Source: Gammaproteobacteria bacterium
Lineage (GTDB): Bacteria > Pseudomonadota > Gammaproteobacteria > CAJXQU01
Assembly (NCBI GenBank): GCA_965238175.1
Contig: CBDEGZ010000003.1
Span: 2,624,001-2,688,000 of the forward strand
Direction: 5' to 3'
DNA: 64,000 nucleotides
This document shows positions 1 to 11,824 of the stretch, one piece after another. The position numbers and the translations under genes are program-made. The notes beneath the pieces were generated by a model that did not search any database, was not told the origin of the DNA, and was given only the letters and a program-made list of their open reading frames with translations. Position 1 is the first letter of the stretch. Each line of letters starts with the position of its first letter.

Positions 1-156
1 CGTGATCAGATTGCACATCTGGAACGCAGTGGTTTTAGTTTGATCGAGCTTTCTGGACATCGAGATATTAACGATGCTCTAAATGCATTTCCAGAATTTA
101 CAACCCCTTATCAAACCGCCGCTGATGGACAAAAAACTATTCTTCAATTACGTTAA
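1..156 (+). CDS. 3' end of probable DUF934-family protein (truncated by window edge)
   Basis: Frame 1 reads RDQIAHLERSGFSLIELSGHRDINDALNAFPEFTTPYQTAADGQKTILQLR*. This resembles the DUF934 C-terminus (RDQ..R.GF...D..DAL....F...YQ). Confidence 0.6.
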   Translation, partial: RDQIAHLERSGFSLIELSGHRDINDALNAFPEFTTPYQTAADGQKTILQLR

Positions 157-178
157 TTTATATAGTGAATATTATATT

Positions 179-2908
179 TTAAAGCTCAATTTTTGTTTCC
201 AACCCACCACGATTTAACTTCAAAAATAATTCCTCAGCGGCATCTCTACCATTAAACTTTTTCTGGCTTGCTAATGCGATCTCAAGTGATTTTCGAGCGG
301 AACCTGGTTCACCCGATCGCACAAGAGCTTCCGCCAAATGATAATGAAATTCCGGTTCGCCTGGAGACTTATCTATCGCAAGCTCAAGCAAGTTTTGTCC
401 TTGTTCTAGCTGACCCTCTAACACCGAAAACCATCCATATGAATCAATAACCTGAGGTATCTCAGGTGTCGCTAGATATGCCCTCTTAGCTAAAGATAAT
501 GCTTTTTTGAGATCGATTTCGTTATACACCCATGCAAGGTTATTCAAAACAAGTGCATTCTCCGGATATACCTTTAATAAGTTTTCATAAACACTGATTG
601 CCGTTTTTGTATCTCCAGATTTGTGCTTATTAGCTGCTAGCGTCATTCCTATCCTTAAATTGTCAGGCTGCTTTTGAGCCTCTTGTTCTAACATTGATTG
701 CGCTTCAATATTTAACCCTGATTTCAGGAAAGCGTTATAAAGTTTTAGAACTAACCCGGTCGTTTTATGTTTTGCAATGGCATCTTTATAGGCTGAAATT
801 GCCTCACTAAACTTGCTTTGCTTTATTAGCATATCACCGTGCAAAATATAGCCATCAGAACGATCAGAAAACCTTACCTTCAAATCATTTGAGATTATTT
901 CAACTTCAGAATAATTTTTTAATAGAAGCGCTTGTTTACCTAGTTCTATTAACGATTCAGGATTGCTACGGTTAGATAAAATTAATGCAGAATCCAACGC
1001 CTTCTGGCTTTCCTCTATTTGACCATTCATCCGTAATGCTGTGGCATATTTTGTTAATAGTTCGGGCGAATCTGGCTTGAGCATAATTAATTTAGAAAAA
1101 ATATTAACGGCTTCAGAAGATCTGTTTGTCGCCAACTTAACGTCACCAAAGTACATCTGTACATCAGGTCTGTTTGGGGAAAGGTGCTCTAATTCTTCCA
1201 AAATTCTTTGTGCTTTATTAATTTGTCCTAGACCTAAATAGTATGTACCTAATAAAAGACGTGGTGATAGCGCTTCTGAATTTCTATCTTTGGCCATTTT
1301 CAAGAGTTCTACTGCCTTGTCGTTATTTCCAAGTATTTGTTCTTGAATTGCCATCTCTGTCATAATCTCTGGATTGTATGGTGAGTCATATAGTGCTTCT
1401 TCAAAATGTTTTGATGCTAAATCATAATTACCTTTTTGCTGATGAATTTTAGCTAGCCTGACGGTGGCGAAAATAAACGGACGCTTTAAATCGAGTGTTT
1501 TAAGAAACGCTGTTATCGCTTGTTCTAAATCTCCCATACTTTGTGATGCAATCCCTGACAGATACCATAGCATAGGTGTATCAGGGGATTGTTTTATCAG
1601 TTTATCCGCTATAGTTTTTGCTTGTTCGTACTTACTTTCTTGTAATAAAGTTGTGATCAAACTTATGCCAGCATGATCATTTTCCGGTTCAATTTCTACA
1701 ACCTCTTCTAATAACTTTATCGCCTTTTCACGATCATTTTTTATGTCATTACTTCTTCCTAAGTAACCCATTGCGCTATACATTTTAACTAAAACAGAAT
1801 TCGGCGAAACTTGGCGTGCCTGCTCAAAATATTCTATAGCTGAATCATTCTCACCCTTGAACAAATAAGCATTTCCTAAAATAAGCAAAAACTCTGAATT
1901 TGTTCTTCCAACCTCATAATGATTTTCAAGAATTTCAAGTGTCGAATCTGGCTGTTGTTTTCTCAAGAATATTGAAGCAATGTACATTCTGACATCGAGA
2001 TCATTTGGATACACTTTCAAATATCGACTTAGGAATGTCTCACTTCTATCCAAATGCCTCAAATCCAAATGTAGTTTACCCATCAAAAACAAACTTTCTT
2101 TATGATTTGGCTCTACCTTTAACACCTTATTAAGAAATTTTTGCGTTTCTGAAATGTTATTTTCAAAATAATGAATAGTTGCAAAAAGATAATTCGCAAC
2201 TACATGCTCGGCTTCTATTTCTAATACTTTTTCTAAATGTTTTTTTGAATCATCTAAAACACTATTATCTTCAGAATATATTCGATGACTACTGGGTACT
2301 ATCCAATCGTTCTCAGTATCTTGCGTATTACGTTTTGCACTCACATTTGATTTGTTCTTTTCTGCTTGAATGATTCCTTCTTGAGCTAAACCTAAATGAG
2401 ATGAAATTAAATCAGGATCAATTAATAATGCCCTTTGATAATAGTTCTTTGCTTTTTCAACTTCATTTAATCCAGCAAAACAATGCCCAGATAAAGCAAG
2501 CCCTTGTGCTGTTTGAAATTGATCTTGATTATCATCTATTATCGAAAATGCATTTTGAAACTTGGCAGTATGGATCAGTGCATCTACTAAAGAATAAAGA
2601 ATAATTTGACTGGTTGAACCACCTTCAACCACTGTAGTGAGTAGCTCTATGACCTCTGAATACTGCTTTTTTTCAAGAAGTATTGCACTCAGCTCGACTA
2701 ATGCAGACTCATTGTCAGGATATTTTTGAAGGATATCTTTTAGTTCTAATAATGCAATCCCCACATGATTCTGAGAACGATGTAACTTAGCTTCTCGAAC
2801 TAACTCATTGGGACTTTTTAGATTACAACCCGTGATGAACAATAAACATAAAATAACTACTCTTATTTGTCTTACATAACCCATTATTATCATATCCTTT
2901 GATAACAC
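179..2908 (-). CDS. prsT: PEP-CTERM system TPR-repeat lipoprotein (PrsT-like)
   Basis: 909 aa with an N-terminal lipobox (LFITG-C) and many TPR repeats. C-terminal 'VLNNLAW..A..LA.RAY..P..P.V.DSYGW' is typical of PrsT. Directly downstream of the exosortase. True start may be a few codons internal. Confidence 0.8.
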   Translation of the reverse strand: MLSKDMIIMGYVRQIRVVILCLLFITGCNLKSPNELVREAKLHRSQNHVGIALLELKDILQKYPDNESALVELSAILLEKKQYSEVIELLTTVVEGGSTSQIILYSLVDALIHTAKFQNAFSIIDDNQDQFQTAQGLALSGHCFAGLNEVEKAKNYYQRALLIDPDLISSHLGLAQEGIIQAEKNKSNVSAKRNTQDTENDWIVPSSHRIYSEDNSVLDDSKKHLEKVLEIEAEHVVANYLFATIHYFENNISETQKFLNKVLKVEPNHKESLFLMGKLHLDLRHLDRSETFLSRYLKVYPNDLDVRMYIASIFLRKQQPDSTLEILENHYEVGRTNSEFLLILGNAYLFKGENDSAIEYFEQARQVSPNSVLVKMYSAMGYLGRSNDIKNDREKAIKLLEEVVEIEPENDHAGISLITTLLQESKYEQAKTIADKLIKQSPDTPMLWYLSGIASQSMGDLEQAITAFLKTLDLKRPFIFATVRLAKIHQQKGNYDLASKHFEEALYDSPYNPEIMTEMAIQEQILGNNDKAVELLKMAKDRNSEALSPRLLLGTYYLGLGQINKAQRILEELEHLSPNRPDVQMYFGDVKLATNRSSEAVNIFSKLIMLKPDSPELLTKYATALRMNGQIEESQKALDSALILSNRSNPESLIELGKQALLLKNYSEVEIISNDLKVRFSDRSDGYILHGDMLIKQSKFSEAISAYKDAIAKHKTTGLVLKLYNAFLKSGLNIEAQSMLEQEAQKQPDNLRIGMTLAANKHKSGDTKTAISVYENLLKVYPENALVLNNLAWVYNEIDLKKALSLAKRAYLATPEIPQVIDSYGWFSVLEGQLEQGQNLLELAIDKSPGEPEFHYHLAEALVRSGEPGSARKSLEIALASQKKFNGRDAAEELFLKLNRGGLETKIEL

Positions 2909-2948
2909 TTTTTGTTGCCCAGCAAGGCATAGTTAGATCACATTCGGT

Positions 2949-4499
2949 TTAATCAACCTTATCAAGGTTTTTGTTGATAGCCTTTATCATACTGCTATGA
3001 AAATCTCTCAGTTGATTACTCGCAACTACATATCCATCTGTAATATCGGCGGAAATCATGATGACTGAAGATACCTTGTTCCCCACGAACAAACCATATA
3101 AGTCCAGAAACTTACTGACAATTGGGCGCGTTGTTGTTTTCCCTGCCGTTCTATACCAATACCAAATCAGCTTTTCCTTACCTGCAGGACTCTTTAATTT
3201 CAACTCAAGAACTTTATTACCAGTATCATTCACTGTTTGGCCAACCGTATGGATCTGCCGTGTAACCTCTTGCCATATCTCTTCTGAGTATAGGTAATTA
3301 TTTACATTGATTAATTCTTTATCTTGTTTTTGAGTTTGATATGAAGCTATGTAAAGTCGTACCCTATTTTGTGCAACTTGATAATACTGATCAACAATAT
3401 TATCAGCCGCATTATAATTTGGTCGTAATGGTCTATAAGACTCAACATAATCAAATACTTCTTCCCAATCATCATTCCCGACTGGTGCGATTAACAGAGA
3501 CTCAGAATCCGTTATTAAGACATTATCATTTATATCATAGAGTCTTTGTTTGATTAGTGGACCTGATAATAGTGCTACAACAACAAATGGTAAAATAAAT
3601 CTATAGCTTACTTTAACATCATCGTTTTGTTTCTTGCTGATACGATTTACATAACTTGTATTTTTAGCTTTTACCTTTTGTTCTGCCTTACTAAGCATAT
3701 TACCTATGAAAAAGACTGGTAATAACATGCCAACAAAAATATACCAGCCCAATGTTAAGTGCTCATGTACCCAAGGATGCTGCATTTCGGTTAAATTACC
3801 TGCAATTACTACTGTGCTAATTCGTAAAGCATTGGATAACAAAGCTGCAAAAACAACTATCGCAAAGAAATAAAATGCTCTCCACTTTGTTAAACCTTCA
3901 AGATAAATATAGAATCCACCCAACGTCATTGCCGCCAGTAGATATCGCAATCCACTACAGCCTTCAGCAACAAAAAATTTCCCAGCGGGTATGTTCAAAT
4001 AAACACCCTCTCGAAGAATAGCTGTACCAGTCAGTTTCACCAAAAAATGAGAAACAACTGCTGCAAAAGTTTGAAGATAGGGTAAAAATAATTCCCACAC
4101 AGGAAAAGCAACTAACAGAAAAACAATTGGAAACCATAGTCGTGTCAGAAATTCTCTGCCTGCAAGGGCAAAAACTAATGTAGGTACAAGTAAGAAAAAG
4201 CTTATATTTTCTACAAAACGAATACCAAGATAAATACTGACCACCCAAAGTAATGATAATGGTATCAGCAGAATACTTGCTATCAAATTCGGGCTCAAAC
4301 AGATGTCTTTGATCTCTTCTCGCCATCCCCAAATCATATAGAAAGAGATAGTTAAAACCGCAAAACCGTGTGCATATGCACCGTGCTCCCACTGCACCCA
4401 GTCATTTAACAGATATTGAATCGTTTCTATATAAGCAATCAAAAATATTGAACTAATAATAAGAAAAATTGCTAAGGTTTTAAAATTTGTCTGTGCCAT
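2949..4499 (-). CDS. xrtA: Exosortase A fused to EpsI domain
   Basis: Multi-TM N-half with YAHG, catalytic VAEGCSGLRYL (Cys), NALR (Arg) and HLTLGW (His). Soluble C-terminal EpsI-like domain (Y.TQKQDKELIN, LIWYWY). Confidence 0.88.
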   Translation of the reverse strand: MAQTNFKTLAIFLIISSIFLIAYIETIQYLLNDWVQWEHGAYAHGFAVLTISFYMIWGWREEIKDICLSPNLIASILLIPLSLLWVVSIYLGIRFVENISFFLLVPTLVFALAGREFLTRLWFPIVFLLVAFPVWELFLPYLQTFAAVVSHFLVKLTGTAILREGVYLNIPAGKFFVAEGCSGLRYLLAAMTLGGFYIYLEGLTKWRAFYFFAIVVFAALLSNALRISTVVIAGNLTEMQHPWVHEHLTLGWYIFVGMLLPVFFIGNMLSKAEQKVKAKNTSYVNRISKKQNDDVKVSYRFILPFVVVALLSGPLIKQRLYDINDNVLITDSESLLIAPVGNDDWEEVFDYVESYRPLRPNYNAADNIVDQYYQVAQNRVRLYIASYQTQKQDKELINVNNYLYSEEIWQEVTRQIHTVGQTVNDTGNKVLELKLKSPAGKEKLIWYWYRTAGKTTTRPIVSKFLDLYGLFVGNKVSSVIMISADITDGYVVASNQLRDFHSSMIKAINKNLDKVD

Positions 4500-4727
4500 T
4501 AAATTTATATGTATGCTATTTATCCAAAATAAGTGATGCTTTAATTTCTTAATAGGGCTTTTATCGGTTCATTCACACTTTAACTTAACTTTATCCAATG
4601 TGTATTATTAAAAAATAAACGTTATTACTTTTATGTAACAATTAATACTAATGTTTTTTTTTAATACGCCGCTATTAATGTTAGATGTTTTTCTAAATCA
4701 AGGGTTGAAGAAGAAACTACAGGGCAT

Positions 4728-5387
4728 ATGGATATGAACTATAAAAAACTCAATATTTTATATTGGCAACCATACCAATTATTACTCGCAAACATCATTT
4801 TCTCTCTCATATTAACGTTACTCTCTTGTACAGTACGTGCTGGAATGGTTGATCTGACACTCTTTGGTGAAACAACTGACGCTTCAAATCAAAACAGTTT
4901 CGGTCTATCACCAGGGGAGCAAGTTAGTTTAAAAACCACTTTTGATTATTCAACCTTGACTGGAATAGGTGCTGAATCAATCAAATTCACTAAAAGTTCT
5001 GGAAATAGCCTTAATTTAATTATGGGTGATTTGAACTTCTCTACAGATAATTTCGCAAGTTTTTCTCTTGGCTATCCTACAATTAACTTCTTAGATGGTA
5101 TTTTTTCTGGTATAGATTACTTTGCTATTTCAGGTGCGAATGGTGCTCTGGAAAATCTTTTTTCTTATGAAAAAAAGTGGACAAGTATTGGTTCGATTAC
5201 TACAGGAACTAATTCATTATTGTCGGGGCAGGGTTCAACTCAATGGGTAACAGGTACATGGGATGAGCCCTCATTAAGTGTCAATGGTGTTCCATATGTT
5301 CCTGAGCCAGGTCCATTAACGCTTGCAGTAATTGGTGTTTTGGGTGCCTGGGCTTCATCTCACCGTCGCAAGACATTTAAAGAATAG
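4728..5387 (+). CDS. PEP-CTERM sorting-domain protein
   Basis: N-terminal signal-like hydrophobic stretch ending VRA and a Ser/Thr/Gly-rich body. C-terminal VPEPGPLTLAVIGVLGAWASSHRRK (PEP motif, TM helix, basic tail). Divergent from xrtA. Confidence 0.88.
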   Translation: MDMNYKKLNILYWQPYQLLLANIIFSLILTLLSCTVRAGMVDLTLFGETTDASNQNSFGLSPGEQVSLKTTFDYSTLTGIGAESIKFTKSSGNSLNLIMGDLNFSTDNFASFSLGYPTINFLDGIFSGIDYFAISGANGALENLFSYEKKWTSIGSITTGTNSLLSGQGSTQWVTGTWDEPSLSVNGVPYVPEPGPLTLAVIGVLGAWASSHRRKTFKE

Positions 5388-5407
5388 TTACTCACTCAAA
5401 CCGCACA

Positions 5408-6706
5408 CTACAACATTCTTGCATAGCGCTGACTGGTTTCGTCCAGTCGCTCTATGAGTATTTTTTGAATCGTCTTATTAATTCTCATTTGACAAGATAA
5501 AGATGCCCAATCGGACAAAGAATCTTCGAGTTTTAGCACCACTGTTTTACTGATAGCCGTAATAGTTGCAGATCGTTTTCCATCATGCAACCAGGACATT
5601 TCACCAAAACAATCACCATCACTTAACGTTGTAATTTCTTTATCCATTTTAGTCACAGAAACATTTCCAGAAGTAATGACGTAAAACGTTTTATCTTGTT
5701 TACCTTCGCTCATGATATGAGTACCAGCCAGGCAAACCTCCCATTCACCTTCTTCCAATATTTCTTCTATATCTTGTTCGGAAAAACCATCAAAGAACTT
5801 CAGTTTAGAGAGCAGTTCGAGTTTTTGTTCCCGGGTAAGTTGTTCTTCAGAAGTTTCAATTTCAAACTCAACTTTTATCAAGTCCTCAGCTAACTCAGCA
5901 CAATTTTCATACCGATCCTTTGGTTTTTTTTGTAATAATTTATCTATTATTTTTGATAATGATGGTGGTATTTCAGGACGATATTTTTGTATTGGTTTTG
6001 GTTCGCTGGTAACAATATTCTTAAAAAGTGCAGGCATAGTACTGGCCTGAAAAGGGTGAACCCCAGCTAATAATTCATACATAACAACACCGAGAGAAAA
6101 AATATCTGTTTGATGTGTTAACGACTTACCACTTGCTTGTTCAGGCGACATATAAAGAGGAGATCCAAGGCCTTTTTGAGTCGAGATTTTTTCATGTGCC
6201 TTTCTAACTGCAATACCAAAATCCGCAATCTTTAAATCACCCTCTTTTGTCAACAAAAGATTCGCTGGTTTAATGTCCCTATGAGTGATCCCTTTTCCAT
6301 GCGCATAGTCCAATGCTTCTGCACATTGGCGAATGTAATGTAAAATCTGAGTCACAGGAAGTAAATCTTTTCGCTTGCGAAATGAGCGCAATGTATCTGC
6401 GTCTTCGACGAATTCTATCGCAATATAATCCTGGCCATCGGCATCCCCCGCCTCATAAACTTTAATAATATTCGGGTGATCAAGTATTCCAGCCGCTTTA
6501 GCTTCGTTAAAAAATTGCCGATGATTATCTTCTGCCATTGTTTCATCAAGTGAGAACTCACCTGCAGTAGCACTCAGACTTACCTTTATAGCCACTTTTC
6601 TATCAACGAATGGATCATGCCCTATATAGACAACGCCCATAGCTCCTTTGCCGGCTACTCCAACAATTTCATACTTACCTATTTTTTCAGGTAATTTTTC
6701 AGACAT
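5408..6706 (-). CDS. Hanks-type Ser/Thr kinase with C-terminal cyclic-nucleotide-binding domain
   Basis: Kinase motifs [35 protein letters not shown]-terminal cNMP motif GDCFGEMS...RSATITA. Likely ATG at 6706 overlaps the upstream stop (TAATG); the ORF track starts at 6739. Confidence 0.88.
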   Translation of the reverse strand: MSEKLPEKIGKYEIVGVAGKGAMGVVYIGHDPFVDRKVAIKVSLSATAGEFSLDETMAEDNHRQFFNEAKAAGILDHPNIIKVYEAGDADGQDYIAIEFVEDADTLRSFRKRKDLLPVTQILHYIRQCAEALDYAHGKGITHRDIKPANLLLTKEGDLKIADFGIAVRKAHEKISTQKGLGSPLYMSPEQASGKSLTHQTDIFSLGVVMYELLAGVHPFQASTMPALFKNIVTSEPKPIQKYRPEIPPSLSKIIDKLLQKKPKDRYENCAELAEDLIKVEFEIETSEEQLTREQKLELLSKLKFFDGFSEQDIEEILEEGEWEVCLAGTHIMSEGKQDKTFYVITSGNVSVTKMDKEITTLSDGDCFGEMSWLHDGKRSATITAISKTVVLKLEDSLSDWASLSCQMRINKTIQKILIERLDETSQRYARML

Positions 6707-9700
6707 TATGCAGATTCCACGGAAACTGAATTCAAACACTCGGCTTTTTCAGCTTCTGATTCAGTAATATAATCAATATTCATTTCGACTAGTAACTCCA
6801 AAGTATCCTCATCAATTTCATGAGATACGACAGTTTGTTTTTCCATCATATGCGCTATATCATTAAGTGATTTAATCAAACCATAACTTTGTGCACTTTC
6901 AACAACGTCACTCGTCAAGATCTCATCTATACAAATGTAGTCAATCGGTAATTTCAATGCCTCCTGACTCAACCCATTAACACCAAATTGACCCAATGAA
7001 AAACGACAACCAAACTCTCTCAATGTACGGATAAAACGAACAACACTTAGCTTTTCATCTTCAGAAAAAATTCCAGGGACATCGAAACAGATCTTACCAG
7101 GCGGAACCGAACACTCCGTTAGTTTTTTGATTACATAATCAAGCGCTCCTCTAGAATTGATCGTTTTAGCAGAAAGACTTATCAAGCATCTTGTTTTTGA
7201 TAAAGTCTTTTTCTTATTCTCAGACATCCATTCAAGACAATTATGAATATATCGCTTTTCGAAAGCACTAATAAGATCGTGATCAGAAGAAGCTTTTATA
7301 AACCGTTCCGGCTTTCTTAAAACACCCTCTTCATCTTCCATGGCTGGAAAAATATGTAACATCTTGATAGCTTGCTCTTCCTTATTCGCAACAATTCGTT
7401 GGCCATATAGTGGAATGCGTTCTTCAGACTGACTATAACCTTCTAACCAAAATTGCCAATCAATAACTTCATGTTCAGAATCAACTTTCTGTCCATCTTC
7501 AGAGGGGGAAACTTCTTCATGGATCCAAGCTTGGTTTTCTCCTAGCTCCTTAGCTTTCTCACAAGCATCAATCGCTAGCGAAACTACTTGATCAATATCC
7601 GTCGCTAATTCATTAATAACTGATATTCCAATAGAAATTGGGAAATGAACTCTTACATCTTTCAAGATAAAATCACTATCTTCTAACGATTTAAGCAACG
7701 TTTCTGCAAGAATAAATGCCCCTTCTCTAGACATAAATTCGGATGTAATACCTAATGCATGTTCACCATGCCTACCAATAAGGCTTTTTTGTCCAAAGAC
7801 TTCCAAAGCCAATTTAGCAACGTGCTTTAAGTAATTAATTATTTTTTCATTATCTTCACCATCTTCAGCTACTGATAATGATAAATAGAAGAATTCATGT
7901 TCAACATGATCTTGACGAGCATTTTCCAACAATAAGCCGAGTTGCGTACGATATTTCTCTTCATTAAGCAGTCCTGTTTCTTCATCAATGATGATCTGTT
8001 TATTCACATCATGATAAGCACCAAATAAACTCGAAAGTATTGCTCTGTCAAACAATGGTTTTTGATCTTTGTCAGATAATTCAGCAGTTCCCTTTAACAA
8101 TCTTATAACGAGTTCCTGCTGGGTCATACTTACAGCTTTATTACCCTCATTATCGACAAAAATAAACTGATTATAAGCTGGTCCTATCCAGGCAAGTGAT
8201 AGCAATTTTCTTTCACCTGCCACACCTTCAATAACAAGAGAATCACCTCTTCGCATTGACTTAGCATGACTTTGCCAAACTTTATACTCACCGGTAGGTT
8301 CTGGAATTTTTGATCGATTCCGATTCTCATCAGGATTGTCTTTCTTAAAACCCTGTAGCAGCGTTTGATCTTGGTTACACTGATCAATAACTTTCTGAAC
8401 ACGTAACTGGTAGAGGTTACTTTGTCGTTCTAATAATTCATTTAGACTATTAGTTATATTCTCCAAGCTATTTGCATCATAGCTTTCTAATGACAAAATC
8501 CTTTCCACAATGTCATCAATGGCTGGCCTGATCTCGATTTGTTGACTACCACCACGCATATCCAATTGCTCAAATAGGTTTATGATATTTCGCAGTGGGT
8601 TGGATCTATCTTGAAACAAACCTCCTTCGGAAATGGCTTGCTTGTAAAGAACTGCTTGCATACGCTGAAAATCTTGCCTTGCGTAACTACTTAAATATTG
8701 TTCTTCTTTAAGAAAATCTAAAACACCTTCAGCAAGACCAAACACATTTTGTACATCTGCCCCAAATTGTTGGCCCCCATTCTGAAATAACGGGTTTAAT
8801 CGGCCTTCGATATCTCCGATCATTTCACCTTTTTTCCATTTAAGGTTATCTTCCTGCTGGATCCGATTAAGAAGCGTAATGATCTGTTGCTGATTAGCAA
8901 CGCTTATTGTTTCATTTGCACCAGCTTGTTCCTGGAACATTTCATGTGAGCTCGTTGGAATACCGACACTATGTTTCAGCGCCATTAAAGTTTGTGTAAT
9001 TTGTTCACTACTTTGTGGCGCAAAAGAAGGTACTGCACCCGCCATTACAGGTACTCCAATGTTGTTTCCATTGTGACCTGTGGGATATCCCCTCCCTGGG
9101 TACATTTGTACTTGTTGAGGCACTTCTATTTTGTCACTCGTCCTTCTCAGTCGGGAACTTTCATGAACAGTTCCAGGCCGTTTACTAGCTCTATTCTGAG
9201 GAGAGCTTTCTATACCTTCAGAAAGTTCTTCATACAAAATGATTAGATCTGGGAGTAGAACTTCTTCCAGTTGATGATAGGCCAATCTTAGCGCCGTATA
9301 CCCAAGATCTTTACTTTGAAGATACGAGTCAATCGTTGTAAATAAACGAGAAAAACCAATAGGATTTAGAATTTCATCATAGTTAGAATCATATAACTCA
9401 GACAACTTTCTGGTGACTCTATATAACAATAACCGATGATCAGCTTCAGCATCTGATACTATCCCAGTGAGTACTAGGTAGGTTTCGAATTCTTTTTCAG
9501 CAACTAGTGATAAAGTACCACTTCTTGATAGATCTTGATTTTCAAAAGCCTTTTCCCAATTGAGTGCAGGTCGTTTATGAAATTGACCTTGTATAGCCTT
9601 GGTAATATTTGTTACTGCACTATCCACATAGTCTTCGAATACACCATGAGCATTGAAATATTCATACTTTTCATTTTCGTCAGTAGTTTCCTTAATTGAA

Positions 9701-10272
9701 AGTAGTAATCTGTTTGTTAACTTTTTGAAATAATATTTCAGAATTCTTTCGAGACTTTGTTCAAGACCCAATTTACCTTCCGGTAATTTGTTGTATTCTC
9801 CAGACTTGGTTTTGTTAGTTTCCCGATCTTTATGTTCCGCACTTTGTTTTTTCTTTTCAGTAACTTCTCCAATTTTAACCAAAATATCCAGTACTTTTTT
9901 ATCTGGTTCTTCAAAAGAAACCCCCATCCCACTTTGGAAGATGCGCACAATTTTGAAGTTTACAGAATAGTTTTTTTCACCCGCACCTTTATATTTAACA
10001 ACGAATTCGACAGAAAAACGTCTACCTTGGATCGAATCTTTGATTGCTTGAATTTCAGATCTACCTTGTTCATCTCTCCATGAAAGGAAAAAACCATCAG
10101 GACAAAAATCTCGAATAATGCAGGGTTTTGCTTCTAACTCGCCACCACGTAAAGTGGCACGCATAGCCATAGGCACACGTCTGTAGCGCCTTCTTTCAGC
10201 TCCAGTAGCTTCTTTTATTGATTCTTTTGACATAAATTTGTTTGGTCTCTTTTCTAGAAACTTAACATTCAA
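6706..10272 (-). CDS. PilZ + DUF1631-like + degenerate GGDEF/EAL protein
   Basis: N-terminal PilZ (RRRYRR...DFCPDG) and a helical DUF1631-like middle. GGDEF-fold region with GEHAL in place of GGDEF; EAL-fold region lacking the EAL and DDFG motifs (GQFG). Probable start ATG at 10233. Confidence 0.72.
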   Translation of the reverse strand: MNVKFLEKRPNKFMSKESIKEATGAERRRYRRVPMAMRATLRGGELEAKPCIIRDFCPDGFFLSWRDEQGRSEIQAIKDSIQGRRFSVEFVVKYKGAGEKNYSVNFKIVRIFQSGMGVSFEEPDKKVLDILVKIGEVTEKKKQSAEHKDRETNKTKSGEYNKLPEGKLGLEQSLERILKYYFKKLTNRLLLSIKETTDENEKYEYFNAHGVFEDYVDSAVTNITKAIQGQFHKRPALNWEKAFENQDLSRSGTLSLVAEKEFETYLVLTGIVSDAEADHRLLLYRVTRKLSELYDSNYDEILNPIGFSRLFTTIDSYLQSKDLGYTALRLAYHQLEEVLLPDLIILYEELSEGIESSPQNRASKRPGTVHESSRLRRTSDKIEVPQQVQMYPGRGYPTGHNGNNIGVPVMAGAVPSFAPQSSEQITQTLMALKHSVGIPTSSHEMFQEQAGANETISVANQQQIITLLNRIQQEDNLKWKKGEMIGDIEGRLNPLFQNGGQQFGADVQNVFGLAEGVLDFLKEEQYLSSYARQDFQRMQAVLYKQAISEGGLFQDRSNPLRNIINLFEQLDMRGGSQQIEIRPAIDDIVERILSLESYDANSLENITNSLNELLERQSNLYQLRVQKVIDQCNQDQTLLQGFKKDNPDENRNRSKIPEPTGEYKVWQSHAKSMRRGDSLVIEGVAGERKLLSLAWIGPAYNQFIFVDNEGNKAVSMTQQELVIRLLKGTAELSDKDQKPLFDRAILSSLFGAYHDVNKQIIIDEETGLLNEEKYRTQLGLLLENARQDHVEHEFFYLSLSVAEDGEDNEKIINYLKHVAKLALEVFGQKSLIGRHGEHALGITSEFMSREGAFILAETLLKSLEDSDFILKDVRVHFPISIGISVINELATDIDQVVSLAIDACEKAKELGENQAWIHEEVSPSEDGQKVDSEHEVIDWQFWLEGYSQSEERIPLYGQRIVANKEEQAIKMLHIFPAMEDEEGVLRKPERFIKASSDHDLISAFEKRYIHNCLEWMSENKKKTLSKTRCLISLSAKTINSRGALDYVIKKLTECSVPPGKICFDVPGIFSEDEKLSVVRFIRTLREFGCRFSLGQFGVNGLSQEALKLPIDYICIDEILTSDVVESAQSYGLIKSLNDIAHMMEKQTVVSHEIDEDTLELLVEMNIDYITESEAEKAECLNSVSVESA

Positions 10273-10354
10273 GACTCATGCCAGTTGAAGAATTCAAGTA
10301 GTAAACCACTTAAACCAAAACCGTTTGTGTAATTCTATTCCTAATAGGTATTAG

Positions 10355-11602
10355 TTAGGCTGGTAATGCTTGGATTACCAGGCGATGCTCTCTTGCTAAC
10401 AAAGTAATACTGCCTATCCACAAAACACAAACAAGCATCGTTACCCAGCTGAGACTAACGATCGAAATGCCTGTGGGCAACCATTGAGTCAATAATAAAA
10501 TCAGAACTGATCCTGCCACTTTGAATAGACGATAGCCAAACATATCTATCCAAGCTTTTGCCTGATAAATCTGCAAGGGATCAAGCGGCACATATAACAA
10601 TTCGCGAGAAGCTCGATTAATAGAATAGGCCAAACCACGATCACTTATTTTCATTATTTGTGCAGTCAACATCCCTGGGAATATATAAAAACTCCATGTG
10701 CTAAATAGCAAAAAAAACGGTTGTAGAGTTAAGCCGGCAATAGTTCCAAAATTTCTATGTACAAAAGGTGTAATAAATAAATTTATACCGATAGCGATCA
10801 AACCCAGGTTAGCAAAAAAACCTGAAAGAAAACTTGTTCGTTGATTAAGATCTGTGAAATGAGTCTCAACCATACTCATGAATTTGTATTCCACTAATGG
10901 GGATGCAATTTGTGACAACATTAAAATAGTTGTAATCAATATCAGGTATCGATTTTTGATCAACGTCTCCCAACCTTCTATGAAAGTGGTTGTTTTAATT
11001 TTTTCTGTCTTTTCGTCATAGATGCCAATCCGGGAAAAGACCAGATTCAACACAACCAAGATCACTAAAATAGCTACCGCAAATAAGAGAAGATATGAAG
11101 TCTCATAACCTTTCTCAATCCACATTTTGGCCATTTTGCCACCGAAAACACCTCCGAGCAGCCCACCTGTTCCAACAATGCCATACCATCTTTTTCCATC
11201 TGAAACACGGTAAATAGAATTAGCCAGGCTCCAAAATTGTTCAACCAAAACAACACTAAAAATATCTACAAATATATAAAAAACAATAGCAGTTATTGTA
11301 CTTTGTTGACTAAATAAAGCATAAAAAACAAGCAGTGCGACAATAAAAGTAGCTAACGTTCCAAGGACTAGGTTCAACCGACTACATTTCTCCAAAAGAC
11401 GATGGTAATAACTGATCAATAATCCTAAAATGACTGCAGTACCTATCCAAACGTAGGGTAAAGAATCAGCGCCCAGGTACTCAATAAAGAGTGAACGACT
11501 CGCAGGTTTAATGTGGTAGTAGGCTAAGATGATAAGGAAAAAATTGATAAACAGTATCAAAGCTCGCCAAGTCAAACTCTGTGTAATTCCTGTACTTTTC
11601 AT
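10355..11602 (-). CDS. Npt/TLC (ATP:ADP antiporter-like) membrane transporter
   Basis: About 11-12 TM segments. Motifs YYHIKPASRSLF, QFWSLAN, R.YG..G.GG.LG and YSINRASRELLYVPL..YQAKAWID are typical of TLC/Npt-like proteins. Confidence 0.72.
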   Translation of the reverse strand: MKSTGITQSLTWRALILFINFFLIILAYYHIKPASRSLFIEYLGADSLPYVWIGTAVILGLLISYYHRLLEKCSRLNLVLGTLATFIVALLVFYALFSQQSTITAIVFYIFVDIFSVVLVEQFWSLANSIYRVSDGKRWYGIVGTGGLLGGVFGGKMAKMWIEKGYETSYLLLFAVAILVILVVLNLVFSRIGIYDEKTEKIKTTTFIEGWETLIKNRYLILITTILMLSQIASPLVEYKFMSMVETHFTDLNQRTSFLSGFFANLGLIAIGINLFITPFVHRNFGTIAGLTLQPFFLLFSTWSFYIFPGMLTAQIMKISDRGLAYSINRASRELLYVPLDPLQIYQAKAWIDMFGYRLFKVAGSVLILLLTQWLPTGISIVSLSWVTMLVCVLWIGSITLLAREHRLVIQALPA

Positions 11603-11824
11603 CGTTTTACAGCCATTATTAAGTTGAACATCCCTTCTAACATCAGAGTAATGATACTATACTGATTCAATATTACAGCTAAATCACGGTGAATGTGACG
11701 CATAATTACAGTCACTGAACAGATCGGTACACAGTTCCACTTATGGGATATCAATAGTGTAAACACTAGCAATTTCATTTAAACAGTAGCGTGATTTTAG
11801 TAGTGCAACAAACGGATCAAATTT

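Noticed and set aside
4728-5387. Second PEP-CTERM gene as an additional DGR target
   Set aside because: No similarity to TR (no YWS...AVR segment) at the DNA or protein level.
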